From positions 310,001 to 374,000 of the forward strand of contig QPMI01000514.1 in assembly GCA_004431415.1 (NCBI GenBank): a DNA stretch of 64,000 nt, given 5' to 3'. The notes beneath the pieces are model-generated. The model ran no database searches. It saw only the letters and a program-made list of their open reading frames with translations, and was not told the origin of the DNA. The position numbers were made by a program, and so were the translations under genes. This document shows positions 13,354-24,700 of the stretch, piece by piece (within the stretch, counting starts at the first letter, position 1; every line of letters starts with the position of its first letter). The DNA is from Cyanophora paradoxa CCMP329. Its lineage: Eukaryota; Plantae; Glaucophyta.

Positions 13354-14063
13354 ACAGCGACGGCGTCAGCGTGGACCGCGCCGAGGTGGCGACCGCCCTT
13401 GGGGCGATCCCGACGGGCCTCGCGGGGCTCTGGATCCGGATCCACGTCCCGCTCACCCCGCCGCTCGAGTTCGGCGGCTGGTGGCGCCTGCTGCAGCCCG
13501 TGCTCGCCGCGCGCGCCCGTTGCCTCGTCGAGCTCCACGTCTCCTGCTCCGGCGGCTTCGCTTCCTCGCGATCACGATCTTTCTGGCCGGCCGCCCTCTT
13601 CCCGGACTCGGTCCGCGCGCGCACGCCCGTCCCGCCCTCGCGGCCTGCCTTAAGCTTGCCGGCCGACCCTCGCTCGCCCGCCCAGGCGCCATCCCTGCCG
13701 AGGCTGCACGTACGCGTGCTGGGGGCCCGCCTGGCGGTTCCCCCCAGTGGGCTGACGGCGGGCGCGGCCGCCGGGGGCGGGGCCCAGGGGGCGGAGGGCG
13801 CTCCCCCGGGGTGCGAAGGCCTGGGCGACGCGCTGGGGGCCGTCTTCCGGCCGCGCTGCTGGGCCCGCGGCCCGGCGCGCCTCTGGCTGGCCCCTCGGCC
13901 ACCACCTGCGCCCCGGGCTTCTGGGGCCCCGTCCCCTTCGAGGGCTCGAGGAGTGCGCCCGCCCGCCCCGTCAACCCCCCGCCCCCCCCCCCCCCCCCCC
14001 CCTCCCCCCCCGCCCCCCCCTCCCCCCCCGCCCCCCCCTAGCAATGACGGCGACGAGGCCTAG
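13354..14063 (+). pseudogene. 5'-truncated coding fragment (C-terminal part of an unknown, possibly LRR/F-box-family, protein) fused to the inverted duplicate
   Basis: Coding-like frame VDRAEVATALGAIPTGLAGLWIRIHVPL...ARCLVELHVSCSGG... starts abruptly at the duplication junction with no ATG or upstream exons. It ends after a poly-Pro run at TAG 14061-14063. Confidence 0.45.
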
Positions 14064-14267
14064 CAATACGTATAGGCCGCTCGCCGCTCGGCGAGGGCTG
14101 CGAGCGCCGCCCGACGAAGCCCCATAAGGCACTGCGGCGCCAGTGCTGTATTTATCAGTGGCATGCACAACATCTGGATTACGTGAATATTGTTGAATAT
14201 TAATATCGATCTTCTAGAGAACTCCAGACTCAAGCGCCTAAGCAACCGGACGCTGCTGCGACGCATG

Positions 14268-15821
14268 CTAACGTGCCTTCGCCTGTACCCCGGCCTGCCT
14301 TAGCCTCCAGTACTTTTCCCGTACCCCGTCCTCGGCGATCAGCTCCTCCAGCACGCCGAGCGCCGCGCGCGCCGCCCCGTCCCTCTCCGGCCCTGCCCGG
14401 CGCTCGCTCAGGGGGGTACGCCGTCGGAAGCGTCCGGGGCGGGGAATGGGCACCGGCGGGAGCCGACTCGAGGTCCTCCTCCAGCACGTCCAGGAGCAGG
14501 CTCATCGCGTGCGCGCAGCGCCGGTCCCGGCCCCGCCAGTCGAGGCATCCCTTCGGGGGTACGGGTTCAGGGGCGGCGGGGTACGCGTTTGATGGCGAGC
14601 GGGAAAAGGTACCTGCCGCACGATGGGGAAGTCGGAGAACCTGTACTCGCCCCCGTGCTGCACCATGCTGCGGGGTACAGGGTCGGAACGGGGTGTGGGG
14701 AATTCGGAAGAGCAGCGTACCCTCGCACGTAGCTCCAGGGGCTCTCGTTTGTCGGGTCCCGGGCGATCCAGTTAAAACCGTACCTGCAGGGGTACGGCAA
14801 TCAAGACGCGGACGGGCGCGCGGCGGGTTCGAATCCGGGCGGGCGCACTGGATTTCCTGCCCCCGCACTTCTTGCGGCAGGGAAGCCACCTCCCCGCCCC
14901 GCGTCAGCACGAAGAAGCGTTGGTTCCACGCCTGCGCGTGTACCCCCCGTCGCCCCGTCAGATCACCGTAAACACCGAAGCAGCGCTGTACCCCGCACCG
15001 AGTTGTTCCGGTGGTCGTCCTGCAGGAGGTCGTGGCAGAACTGGAGCTCGTTCTCCCAGAGGCCGAACCTGCGGATGGCCCACTGCCTGTGCCCCGCCGC
15101 CCCGCTCAGCTCGCTTCGCTGACGCTGCAGTTCCGCGGCAGGGAGGAGGGAAGCTGGCGCGCCTGTGCGCCCAGGCGTGGTAGTTCTTCGCGTCGTCGGC
15201 CAGCTTGCTCGCCGTGAACTCGAGCTCCCGCGAGCCGTCGCCGAGCTCGTCAACGATGGCACGCCGGTGGAACCTGCCGCCGTCGAACCGCGGGCCGGCG
15301 CATCAGAGCGGGGCCGGACGCGGCGGCGCTCGGCCCCGCGCGCGCGCCATATCTGGTAGTTCTTCGGGTTCTCCATCGAGACGTCGTCGATGTACTCTAG
15401 CTCCTCGCGCAGGTCGCGCTTCAGCGCCCGCACCAGCTTGCGGCGGAAGTGCCTGCGCTCCGCTCAGCGCCAGCGCCGCGCCGGCCGCCGCGGGGCCCGG
15501 GTCCGACCACGCGGTGTAGTTGCCGGCGTTAAGCCGAATCGCGTCGCTCGTGACCTCTAGGGCCCGATCGCTCATTTCATCCGCGAACAGCACCGCGCGG
15601 AAGTAGTCCATCGTGTCTGTGACTGCGCGGCGCCGCATCAGGCGACGCGGGCGCGGCGCTCGATGGTGGCGCCACGCACACTCTCGCGGGTACGCGATGC
15701 GCACGACAGCGTGCGGCCCATCGTCCTGTGGCACAGGAGCAACGTCGCGCCACTCCGGGCGCTCGCTGTACGGCACCCACGGCTCGCCGCCTTCCTCGTC
15801 GCCGCTGCCATCCGAGCTCAT
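14268..15821 (-). CDS. FNTA: Protein farnesyltransferase/geranylgeranyltransferase type-I alpha subunit, multi-exon
   Basis: MSSDGS...[28 protein letters not shown]; [10 protein letters not shown]...[19 protein letters not shown]; [19 protein letters not shown]; DDAKNYHAW; [10 protein letters not shown]; [13 protein letters not shown]; EDGVREKYW. These are PFTA repeats typical of FNTA/RAM2. Confidence 0.95.
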
Positions 15822-16204
15822 CGCAAATGGCTCAGTGTCAGCTCCGCTCCGCGCAGCGGGATTCTGCTGCGGGAAGCGCCGGGAGGCTCCGCAGGAGCGC
15901 AGCGCAGTCAGGGGTACAGGTCCCGAAACCGCAAGTGGCCCTGGGCCTTCAGCGGCGTTCCAGCGCACGTGCGAGCCCGAGGAAAGGAGACTGTAGGCTT
16001 GGAGTAGATCAATATCTACAGGTTCCGGTGCGCTGGTGCATGCTCCGGCGGTGTATGTCACGGCGTCGGGACGGGACGCGCTAGAGCAATGGATCTTGGA
16101 GCGCTGTCGCGGATGCGCATGTGACGCATGCATTCGTCTCTCGCAGCAGCGGCGCAAGCCAGGTGGAGGTGGTTGACGCGCCGCGCACGTGGACCCGAGT
16201 TTCA

Positions 16205-17999
16205 ATGTCCGAGGCGACGTCGCGTCCGCGGAGAGCAGGCGCTTCGCGGTGAGCTTCCATGCTTGGGCTCCTCGCAGTAGGCCTAGGGCGACGGAATCGG
16301 GGCGGAGTTGGCTTGGCGCGAAGTCGCGTTAATAGCGTCCCTTGCGGGCCTTGGGCTTCACTAGTCCCTCCCGCGAGCTGCTAGAGCCACAAAAAAGGCC
16401 TCGTGGCCGGTCCTCTAGCCGCGCGGAAGCTGGGAGATTCGCGACGTGCAGCTGACGCGCACGTGCAGCGGCCGCGAATCCGTTGCTGCCCTCATCGCGG
16501 AGGAGCAGAGCGATCCGGAAGCGGTGTCGGTGTGTCGTGTGCATCTTTCCCGCTGTGCAGACGCTCACGCCCGCCAGACCCGCGTGTTGAGTCACCGCGA
16601 TAAGGAGCAAATCCGCAGAGATCGAATCAACCAATGTGCGGGATTCCTTTCGCCTTCGGCGCCGCTTCTTTCATCTTCCTCATCTCGTTCGCAGGGATCG
16701 CTCGGATAAAGGACCTCCTCGAGCTGCAAGAAGGAGAGGACGTCAAGCTGGATAAGGCGCGCTGCCCCTCGGATTGCGGGAGAGGCGCGCGCGTGCTGAC
16801 GCGTCGCGCAGGTCACAATCTTGCAGAAGGCCGCGGAGTACATCGAAGACATGCGAGAGATGCGGAGAAAGCTCGTCGGGTGCGCGTCCCGCGGGCGCGC
16901 TCGCCGGCGGTCCCGGCTGATCCGCACACGCGCCGGCGGCTGGCCTTGGCAGCTCCAACCGCGCGCTGCGGAAGCGACTGGCGGATCTGGGCGTCGTGGT
17001 GAGCGACGAGGAGATGCCGGAGGAGGGCCCCTCGGGCCTGCACGCAAACGGCCTGCCGCCGGCTGCCATCGCCGCCGCCGCCGCCGCCGCCGTCGCGTCG
17101 GGCGGCAGAAGTCGTCCCGTCAGCCGCGTCGGAAGCCGCGCCGGCAGCCGCGCCAACAGCCGCCGCAACTCGCTCTCCGCCGCCCCTCCGCCCCCGCCGA
17201 AGTCGGCCCCGCGCTCGCGCGCCTCCCCGTCCCCTTCCTTCTCCGTCTCCCCCGCCGCCACCGACTTCTCCCTGGGCTCCGTCAAGAAGCACAGGCACGA
17301 AGACGACTTCGCGGTACCCCGGCCCGCCTCCCCCCCCCCCCCCCCCGCGCTCTCGCTGACGTACCCCCCTCACTCCCGCGGGCCCCGGGGTTCCGCCAGG
17401 CCGAGTACCGCCGTTCGACTCGGGAGAGCAAGCGCCAGCGCGGCGAGCCGGGGGACGGTGCGGAGGGCGAAGCGTCCGAGATCGAGGACCTGTCGCCGTA
17501 CCCCCCGCACCACACGGGCTCGGACGACGGCGCGGGGGCGGGCCACGCCGCGGCGGTTTCGGAGGCGGAGAAGGCGGCAGCGGCGGCGGTGGCGGCGGTG
17601 GCGGTCGCCGCGGCCTCCGCCGGGGCCTCCTCGGACGACGGCGGCGGCTCGCCGCCCTCGGGCGCCGAGAACGTCGACGGAGTGGGGTACGGCAGCGTCA
17701 GCTTTGCGCGGATGCCTGCGGAGGGCCCGGAGCAGACCTCCTCCCCCAGCCCTGCAGCCGCGGCCGCCCCCTCCGGCGCCGAGAGGTGCTGTACCCTTCC
17801 GGAGGGGCGTACCCGCCCCCTCTGACGCGCCGCCGGACGCAGCCCCCAGGACGCCGTCGTACCCCGTCCCATTCCCGTCGAGATGAGGTCAGCGACGGCT
17901 TCTCTCACCTCCCGCGCGCGCGCCCTCCCCTCTCGTGTTCTGACCCCCGAACCGCCGCTCCTCAGAGAGGCTATAGAGCTCCTGACGGGCGTCTGCTGA
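16205..17999 (+). CDS. bHLH transcription factor, multi-exon
   Basis: Spliced RVLSHRDKEQIRRDRINQWIARIKDLLELQEGEDVKLDKVTILQKAAEYIEDMR is a basic helix-loop-helix with the H-E-R residues of CACGTG binders. ATG 16205 splices in phase to an exon at 16469. Predicted last exon EAIELLTGVC*. Both ends are less certain than the domain. Confidence 0.85.
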
Positions 18000-18791
18000 G
18001 CCGGGGCGGTCCCATCCATTGCATTTAATCGTTTCCCTGTTGCGGTTCTCGAGCTGGCCAGCATGCATTTGGCAGCTAATATCGAGCGAGATTGCCTTCT
18101 TTTGGTTATCTCCGTTATGTGCAGTGACTTTTGACTCGCCCGCCTTCTTTTTGCAGTGATCATGAATAGTTCCTTTCAGCGTCAAACCCCCTTGCAATTC
18201 AGCATTAAAACCTCTTGCAGTTCTTTATTCAAATTCAACTTCGTTTCGTGACCATCGACGCCATAATCAGCAGGCATTTCAGAAGACCTCGTCGAGATAT
18301 CCATATCGGTGCTGCCTGGCATGACAATTTCAGGCCACATTTAATTTACCCTCGAGCTCCTTCTAGGCCATCGCTAGTGGCAGCCTATATATAGTGCTAT
18401 CGCCGCCTACCGGTCGTGACCAAGCCAGGCTTTGGTTTCGTATATTAACTCAATTTCGTTCATACGCGGCCGACCGTCGGACACACGGCACTTGGGAGTT
18501 AAGCTAGCGCTGCAGCACCCCGGGCCCGTCCAGTCGACGTCGCGATCGACCACGCGTACGCGTACGCGTGCACGACTAGTACTAGTACTCAGAACATGTC
18601 ACGAAAATGCCGCACCCCCGCCCGGCTTGTTCCCCCCGGGCCCGCTGTGCTCAAGCGTCCGTAGTTCGAATTCGCCCCGTGGACGCGTAAGGTTTCGCAG
18701 GCCGCGTGCACGCTGTGACACGCGGCGGCCGAGCGTGAACCGGGCACGACGCGCGCGCTCCGTTTCCGGACCACCACATTCCGTAGCCGTC

Positions 18792-21349
18792 ATGTCGACG
18801 TCGGCCGATGTCGATCGCGCTCCTGCGTCGCCCCCGCAGACGTCCGCGGATGCTCCTCAGGCTCAGAACGTCATTCCAAGGCGATTCAAACTGCTGATGA
18901 CGTCCTTTGGACGGTGCAAGGCTAAGGCGCGCCGTTTCGCCCGTCCTCTCGGCTCGCCGGGCCACATTCCGCGATCTGACGTCCGGCTTGACACAGGGCT
19001 GCTTTTGCGATGTGCGATCTCTCCTCCCGCGGCCCCCGCGCGCCGTTCGAGCGCGACCACAACCGCCCTTGACCAGGATTTTTGCTTTCTCCCGACCGCC
19101 GGCGAGGACGCCAAGAGCGCCGCAAGGGCCGGCGAGCAGCACGCGTGCTCGACGTGCGACCACCCTGCCTCGGACCACACGAGCCGCGGGCTCAAGAAGT
19201 CGGTCCGTCCGGGCGTCACCGGTGCCGGCCGCCCGCCCGCGGTCCCGCGCGCTCATGCCGCCGGCAGCTTTCTATGCTGCGCTCGGCCATCAACGGCGGA
19301 AGCATCAGCACAAAGTGGCGCGCGTCGGATCGCCGCCGCTCTCTCCGATCCGCCGTGCGCGCGTCTGACGCTCCGATCCTGTCGCCCGCAGGCTCTACAC
19401 CTTCGAAAGCGCGCCCGCCGCCCGCCCGCTCTGCTCTCTGCGCGCGCGCGGGGCCCGAGCGCGCGCGCCCGCCCGGCGGCGCAGGGGGCGAGCGGCTGAT
19501 CGCGCACGTGGAGAGCAAGGGCACCCGCTGCTTCGGCCTGGTCGAGGCGTTCGGTCCGCCCCGCCCGCCGCCCCGTCGGCCCCGCGCGCCCCGGCCTCGC
19601 GCTCGGGGGCGACGCGGGGTGGGGCCGCCGGGGGCGCGGGGCAGGAGAGTTCATGGTGGAGGGGCGGAGCCGGGACGTCGCGGAGGCCGCCCTCGCCTGC
19701 CAGCGCGCCCTCTTCGCCCACTACGGCGAGCCGTGCGTGCCCCCCGAGCGCCCCCGCCGGCCGCACCCCTCCCGACCCCTCGCAGCGTCCGCGGGAAGGG
19801 GCAGCGGCGCCTGAGCCAAGGCGAGGTCATCCGGTTCCTCGAGGAGCGCCGGGGTACGCCCCGCCCGGCTCCCGCGAAGCGCGTACCCCTGACGGCGAGG
19901 CCAGGGGTACGCGTGGCACCGGGCTTCGAAGCGGCGGACCCGTCGGACGCGGCGAGCACCCCCCGCGGGGCCCCTCCCGTGGCCCCGCGCTCGAACTCCT
20001 GCCCCGACATCTCCCGCGGGGGTACCCCCAAGCCGGCGGCGGCGGAGGGGGCGGCCGCTGGTGACGCTGGCCGCGGGGGGGTACCGGAGGTCGCGCCTGC
20101 GGCCCCAACCACTGCCCCCGCTCCTGCCCCGGCCCCGGCCCCTGAGGAGGATCTGCTGTCGCTCGGTACCCCCGGCCGCTCGCCCTCCCCCGCTGCGCCC
20201 CCGTCTGCGGGCGCCACTGTGGCCCCCGCCCTCCCGCCCGCCCCGCGGGTACAGACGAACCTCGAGCGCATCGAGGCCTCCCTAGAACCAGTACCCCCCC
20301 CCCCCCCCCGATCCGTCCCCCCCTCCGGTACCCCCTCACTCCTCTCCAGGTTTCGTTCGATCTGATCGACTTCAGCCCGTCCTCGCCGGGCCCCGGGCCC
20401 TCGCCGTCCGCGGCCGCGGCGCCCCTCACCGCGCGCCGCCGCCCGCCGCCACGCTCCGCCACCCTCCCGCCGGTGCGGCGCGCCCAGCCCTCTCCGATCC
20501 GGGCCCGCCCGAGCCGCCCGCCGCGCATGCGCAGGCGGGGCGCCCGGGGTCCTGCCCCCGCCCCGCCCGCCCCGGCCCCGGCCCGGCGGCGCTGGCGGCG
20601 GCGGCGGGGCCCCCGGGGCGCAGTCGGAGCGCGCGCTGGCGGCCGGGGACCGGGAAGACCGTTCCTCCCGCCGCATCTCCCTCGAGGTGACCCGTCCTCC
20701 GCCCATCTCTTCCTCCCCGAGAGCCCTGAGGCGGCTGGGGCAGGGGCACGAGGAGGCGGCGCGGGCGATGGGCGAGCGCCTCCGCCGCATCGCGCTGGCG
20801 CAGGAGGTGCCCCGCCCCTTCCCCGCCGCCCCGTTCCAGGGCTCGCCGAGCGCCCTCCCGCCCTGTCCGCGCCGCCCCTTGCCGGGCTGACGCGGCGGCA
20901 GACGCGCTTCGCGCCGCTGCGGGAGGAGCTGGACGACGAGGGCGCCGAGGGCGACGCCGCGATGGAGGCCAGCGGCGCCGTCGGCGCCCGCAGCTGGGAC
21001 CAGGCCCGCCCCGCACCCGCTCCGCAACCGCCCCGCCTCTGCTGACCCCTCTGCTGACAGCGCGCCAAGGCCCGCCGCAAGCGCGCCGATCGCTCGATGG
21101 TGCGCCCCGCCCGCCCTGCTCTGCAGGATCGAGGGGAGGCTCGGCGACAGCTCACGGGGGTCCCGCAGCGGCGGGGCCTGACGGGCTTCACGTCCGGCGA
21201 AGGGTCCGCCCCCCTCGAGGTGCCCCCAGCGTCGGCCCGCCCCGCCGCCCTCGAAGGGCAAGCTCGAGGCTCGCCGGGCGGGGCGCGCTGACCTCGTGTG
21301 GCTGGTGCAGGGGCGCCTCGAGCACGACCCGCGGGGCTTCGCCGCCTGA
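18792..21349 (+). CDS. Hypothetical multi-exon protein (Cys/His-containing N-terminus, Pro/Ala-rich middle, helical C-terminus)
   Basis: ATG 18792 (MSTSADVDRAP...). Exons include GCFCD, HACSTCDHPASDH, ERLIAHVESKGTRCFGLVEAF, GHEEAARAMGERLRRIALAQE, and GRLEHDPRGFAA*, separated by typical short introns. No family recognised. Confidence 0.65.
20270..21121 (+). repeat. Source copy of the inverted duplication (partner at 12511-13353)
   Basis: Direct comparison with the reverse complement of 12511-13353. Confidence 0.93.
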
Positions 21350-22088
21350 GGGCCCATGGCCCACGCCAGCTCCAGCCCGCTGCCGCTGCTGCAAGTGTGG
21401 ATTCTCGTTTCCTTCCTTAGGCCAGACCTCGGAAGCCTGCAGCTGTACAGACTCGCATTTTTTTAGGCGTAATTATCGTACCAGGATCCGCCCCTCCAGG
21501 AGATCTAGACCCCCAGACTCAGTAGACTTTGCAGATTTCTTCCGTATCAAGCACTTTTCTTCGAATCCGAGATTATCGGGATTAGAGTGTACCTTCGTAT
21601 ACGTAATCTGGTTCGATGTAATTTGTCTCTTCTGTTCGAATTCTCAACTCACCGACCGCGAGTCGGCAAGCGCACAGGGGCACAGGACATCATCGCGATC
21701 GGGTCTAGCGCCCTCATGATCAGGATTAATTGCTGTCTCTCCTATGTACATGTGCGCTGTCTAAATTCGTAGTACTACGGTAAATCCATCGATGTCGATA
21801 TCCTAGGCCTGCCGCAATTGTTCGAACTTCGGAACTGCCGTGGGATCTCTCGGACAACGTGCAGGCACACTCAGCCGGCTTGATCACAATGCACGACGTC
21901 GACGTCGACAGGCTCGCTGCGGCGCCGTCGCGATCGGCTGCGATATCGATCGACCCACACCCCCTCCATGCTCCCTTATGGCCAGGCCAGAGCCGCACGT
22001 CTCTGGGCACCGGTCTAAGATGTGTCACATCATGTGTGCTCTGAGCGGCCGAGAAAGATTGCGTTCTATGCCCAGTGGCAAGCGCTAA

Positions 22089-23411
22089 TCAATGCAGGGT
22101 GTTGCAATTGACTGGCGTAGCCCAGACCAGCCAGCACACCCCGTTGCATTCCGCGGCGCCTGCGTACCCCTCCCCCGCGACCTTGTGGTCACCCTCTACG
22201 GGAATATTGGAGAGGGCCACAAGCTCTGCCAATCCGGCCGGCTGCCGGCGGGAGCCTCCTCGACGCGACGCCGCTTGCAGTCGCTCACCCCGGCGTGCTC
22301 GCCCCCCGGGCCCTCGAGCGCGAGCCCGGAGCTGCCGCTGGGCTGGTTCAGCGTGCACGAGGGTGCAGGCGCGCACGGCGAGCTCGGGACTCCTTGCAGC
22401 AGAGGGCCGCTCGGGGCGTCTCTGCGTGATTGTAAGGAGGGGGCGAGGGCGCTGAGGGGAGCCGATGGGGGGCACGACGGACCGGAGTGCGAGGAGCTCG
22501 CCGTCCGACAGGTCCCGCCACTGCCACGCACCCGCCTGCTTGGCCCTGCCCCCGCCCCTCGCCGGCCCCGCCCGGCTTGCGAGGGGGGGGAGCGGGCGCA
22601 CGGGTTGGGCTGGGCCCAGCCGAGGCGGCGGGCGGCGAGGACGACGAGGGCGCAGAGGGCGTCGCGCCTCATCGCCATGAGCGCCTCCTGCGGGACCTCG
22701 TCGGGGAGGTGCCGCAGGACAAAGGCCCGGATGTCCTCCGCGTTGCGCTTGAAAAAGGTCTTGGAAGAGTACACCCGCTTCCTGCGTCCCCGCCGCGTTC
22801 CCGTGGAGGAGGGTACGCGATCAGCACGGGATGCGAGGAGCGGGAGGGGGTACGGAGAGGGCCCGGCCCGCGCGCACGCAGCCTCGGGATCAGCAACAGG
22901 CAGAGCGACGGCGGCGCGCTGCTCCGGCCTGAGAGCCCGGCGGCGGGTGTGAGGGAGCGCGGTACCCCGCGGGAGAGGCGGGGTCGAGCCGCACGCACGC
23001 GTCAAGGCAGCGGTTCGGGTGCGGGTTGCTGCGCGGTGAAGAAAAGCCGATGAGCGGGCGCGCCCGGCGCCGGGGGGGCGGGCGGGCGGGCGCGGCGCCG
23101 CACCAGTGGGAGAAGTCGAGGCCGCGCTCCGAGCAGAGCCGCACGGCGAGGATGCGAAGGGCGTACAGGTCCTCCCCGATCCCCTCCGCCTCGTCCCCGG
23201 CCCCGAGCGCCCCGAGGAGCTGCCGCAACCGCCGGCAGTCCCGGAAGGCGCTGATGCTGATCCGTGACTCCATCGCCGCCGCGGCCCTGCGCGGGCGCCA
23301 GCGCGGACACACGTCGCCGCACGTGCAAGGCGGCCCGCGCTGGCGGGGCGCAGCGCCGTGGCGGCACGCTTCCAGCACGCGTACCTAGAGCCCGAGACTG
23401 ACACTCGTTGG

Positions 23412-23446
<35 letters not shown>

Positions 23447-24234
23447 GGCGGGGGGCTCGAGGCCGCCGGCGGGCGGACGCGGCGCGCGAACTTCGGCGGG
23501 CTCCAGGAGGTGGCGCACGGCCTTGCGCTCGATCGGGACGGCGGTGCGGAAGAGGCAGTCCTTAACGGAGCAGCGCTGCACCAGCGCCGCCTCGGGAAAG
23601 ACGTGCCTGGGTCTCCCCTCGCGCCCCTGCGTACCGCAGGCCGGGCACCAGACCCCCGGGGGAGCCAGCGCGAGCGACTCGAGGCCGGCCACCAGCTTGG
23701 TCCCGCGCGGCATCGCCGCGCACCTCTCCCACGCCTCGGGCTCGAGCAGGACGCGCCAGCCTGCGCGTGCCGGACCCGTGCCAGTCAGCGGAGCAGCCGC
23801 GCAGGCCGCGGCCGCTGCGGGGAGCGGGCGGGGCGCGAAGACAGCGGGCAAGACGTACACATTTCAAGGACGGCGCGAAGGGCAGTGGCCCACGCCACGC
23901 GCTGGGTGGCGCGGAGCTCCCCGGGATATTCCTGGGGCGCATAAGCAGAAGCTCAGCCCGCCGGCCGCGCGCGGGACGGTCACCGCGCGCGGACCTGGAC
24001 GGGATGGTGGGCGTCGGCGCCTGCAGCTGCCGGCGCCGCGGGCGCGGCCGCAGCCGTAGTCTCGGCCTCGAGACCTAAGAGGCCAGCGAGTTGAGCGATG
24101 GAGCGGGCATAGGCCGCGTCGAGGTCATCGGCCGTCCAGCTGCTGGCTTTTCCGGCGTCCTCGAGCCCCAGCAGGGCCAAAGGATCCGCAAGCGCGAGGC
24201 CCCACCGATGCCCCGGAGCGGATGCCGCGTTCAT
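22089..24234 (-). CDS. Hypothetical multi-exon protein
   Basis: Coding-like exons MNAASAPG...PLALLGLEDAGKASSWTADDLDAAYARS; VWCPACG...QRCSVKDCLF; EDLYALRILAVRLCSERGLDFSHW; KTFFKRNAEDIRAFVLRHLPDEV. The 3' end is uncertain and no family is recognised. Confidence 0.5.
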
Positions 24235-24700
24235 GCAGCTTTCTCTGCCTGCAGCTGGCCGTATATATATCTGCAGTGAAGTCACTGCCGAAGGCAGTGC
24301 CTGAGTGCTGTCGGTGGCTGGCCCGCTGATGCAGACGTCTCAGACACACGTGCGGCCGGTGCACTCGGCACAGGCTGGCGCAGCGCGGGAGAGCTCCGCT
24401 ATTCGATGTACCCCGGGAGCAGCTGTAGCCTGCTGTAGCCTGTAGCTTCGTGTTTGCCGATATATAATACGGCTCGGCAGCTCTCAAACGATCAACAAGC
24501 TGTTGCGGCATTCTTGCGAGTACGCACTGCCAGCGCGATCCCAGCCTCCGATCAAAACGAAGAGACGAGACAAGCGTGCGCAGGCCGCGCAGACCGCGTG
24601 TCGAATTTGAACTGCAGCGGCAGCGCTAGCTGCAGCTAACTCGAGCAAAGGCGGCGAGCTGCGCTTGCCGCTGGATTGATAACGCAGCACGTTGCAAGCC

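Noticed and set aside
13975-14038. Poly-C tract (and poly-G tracts near 43929-43970) as special elements
   Set aside because: Low-complexity poly-Pro coding or intronic runs, with lengths that are unreliable in assemblies.
24100-24200. DnaJ J-domain in the 22089-24234 gene
   Set aside because: LLGL...DLDAAY resembles J-domain helices I-II, but no HPD motif follows.
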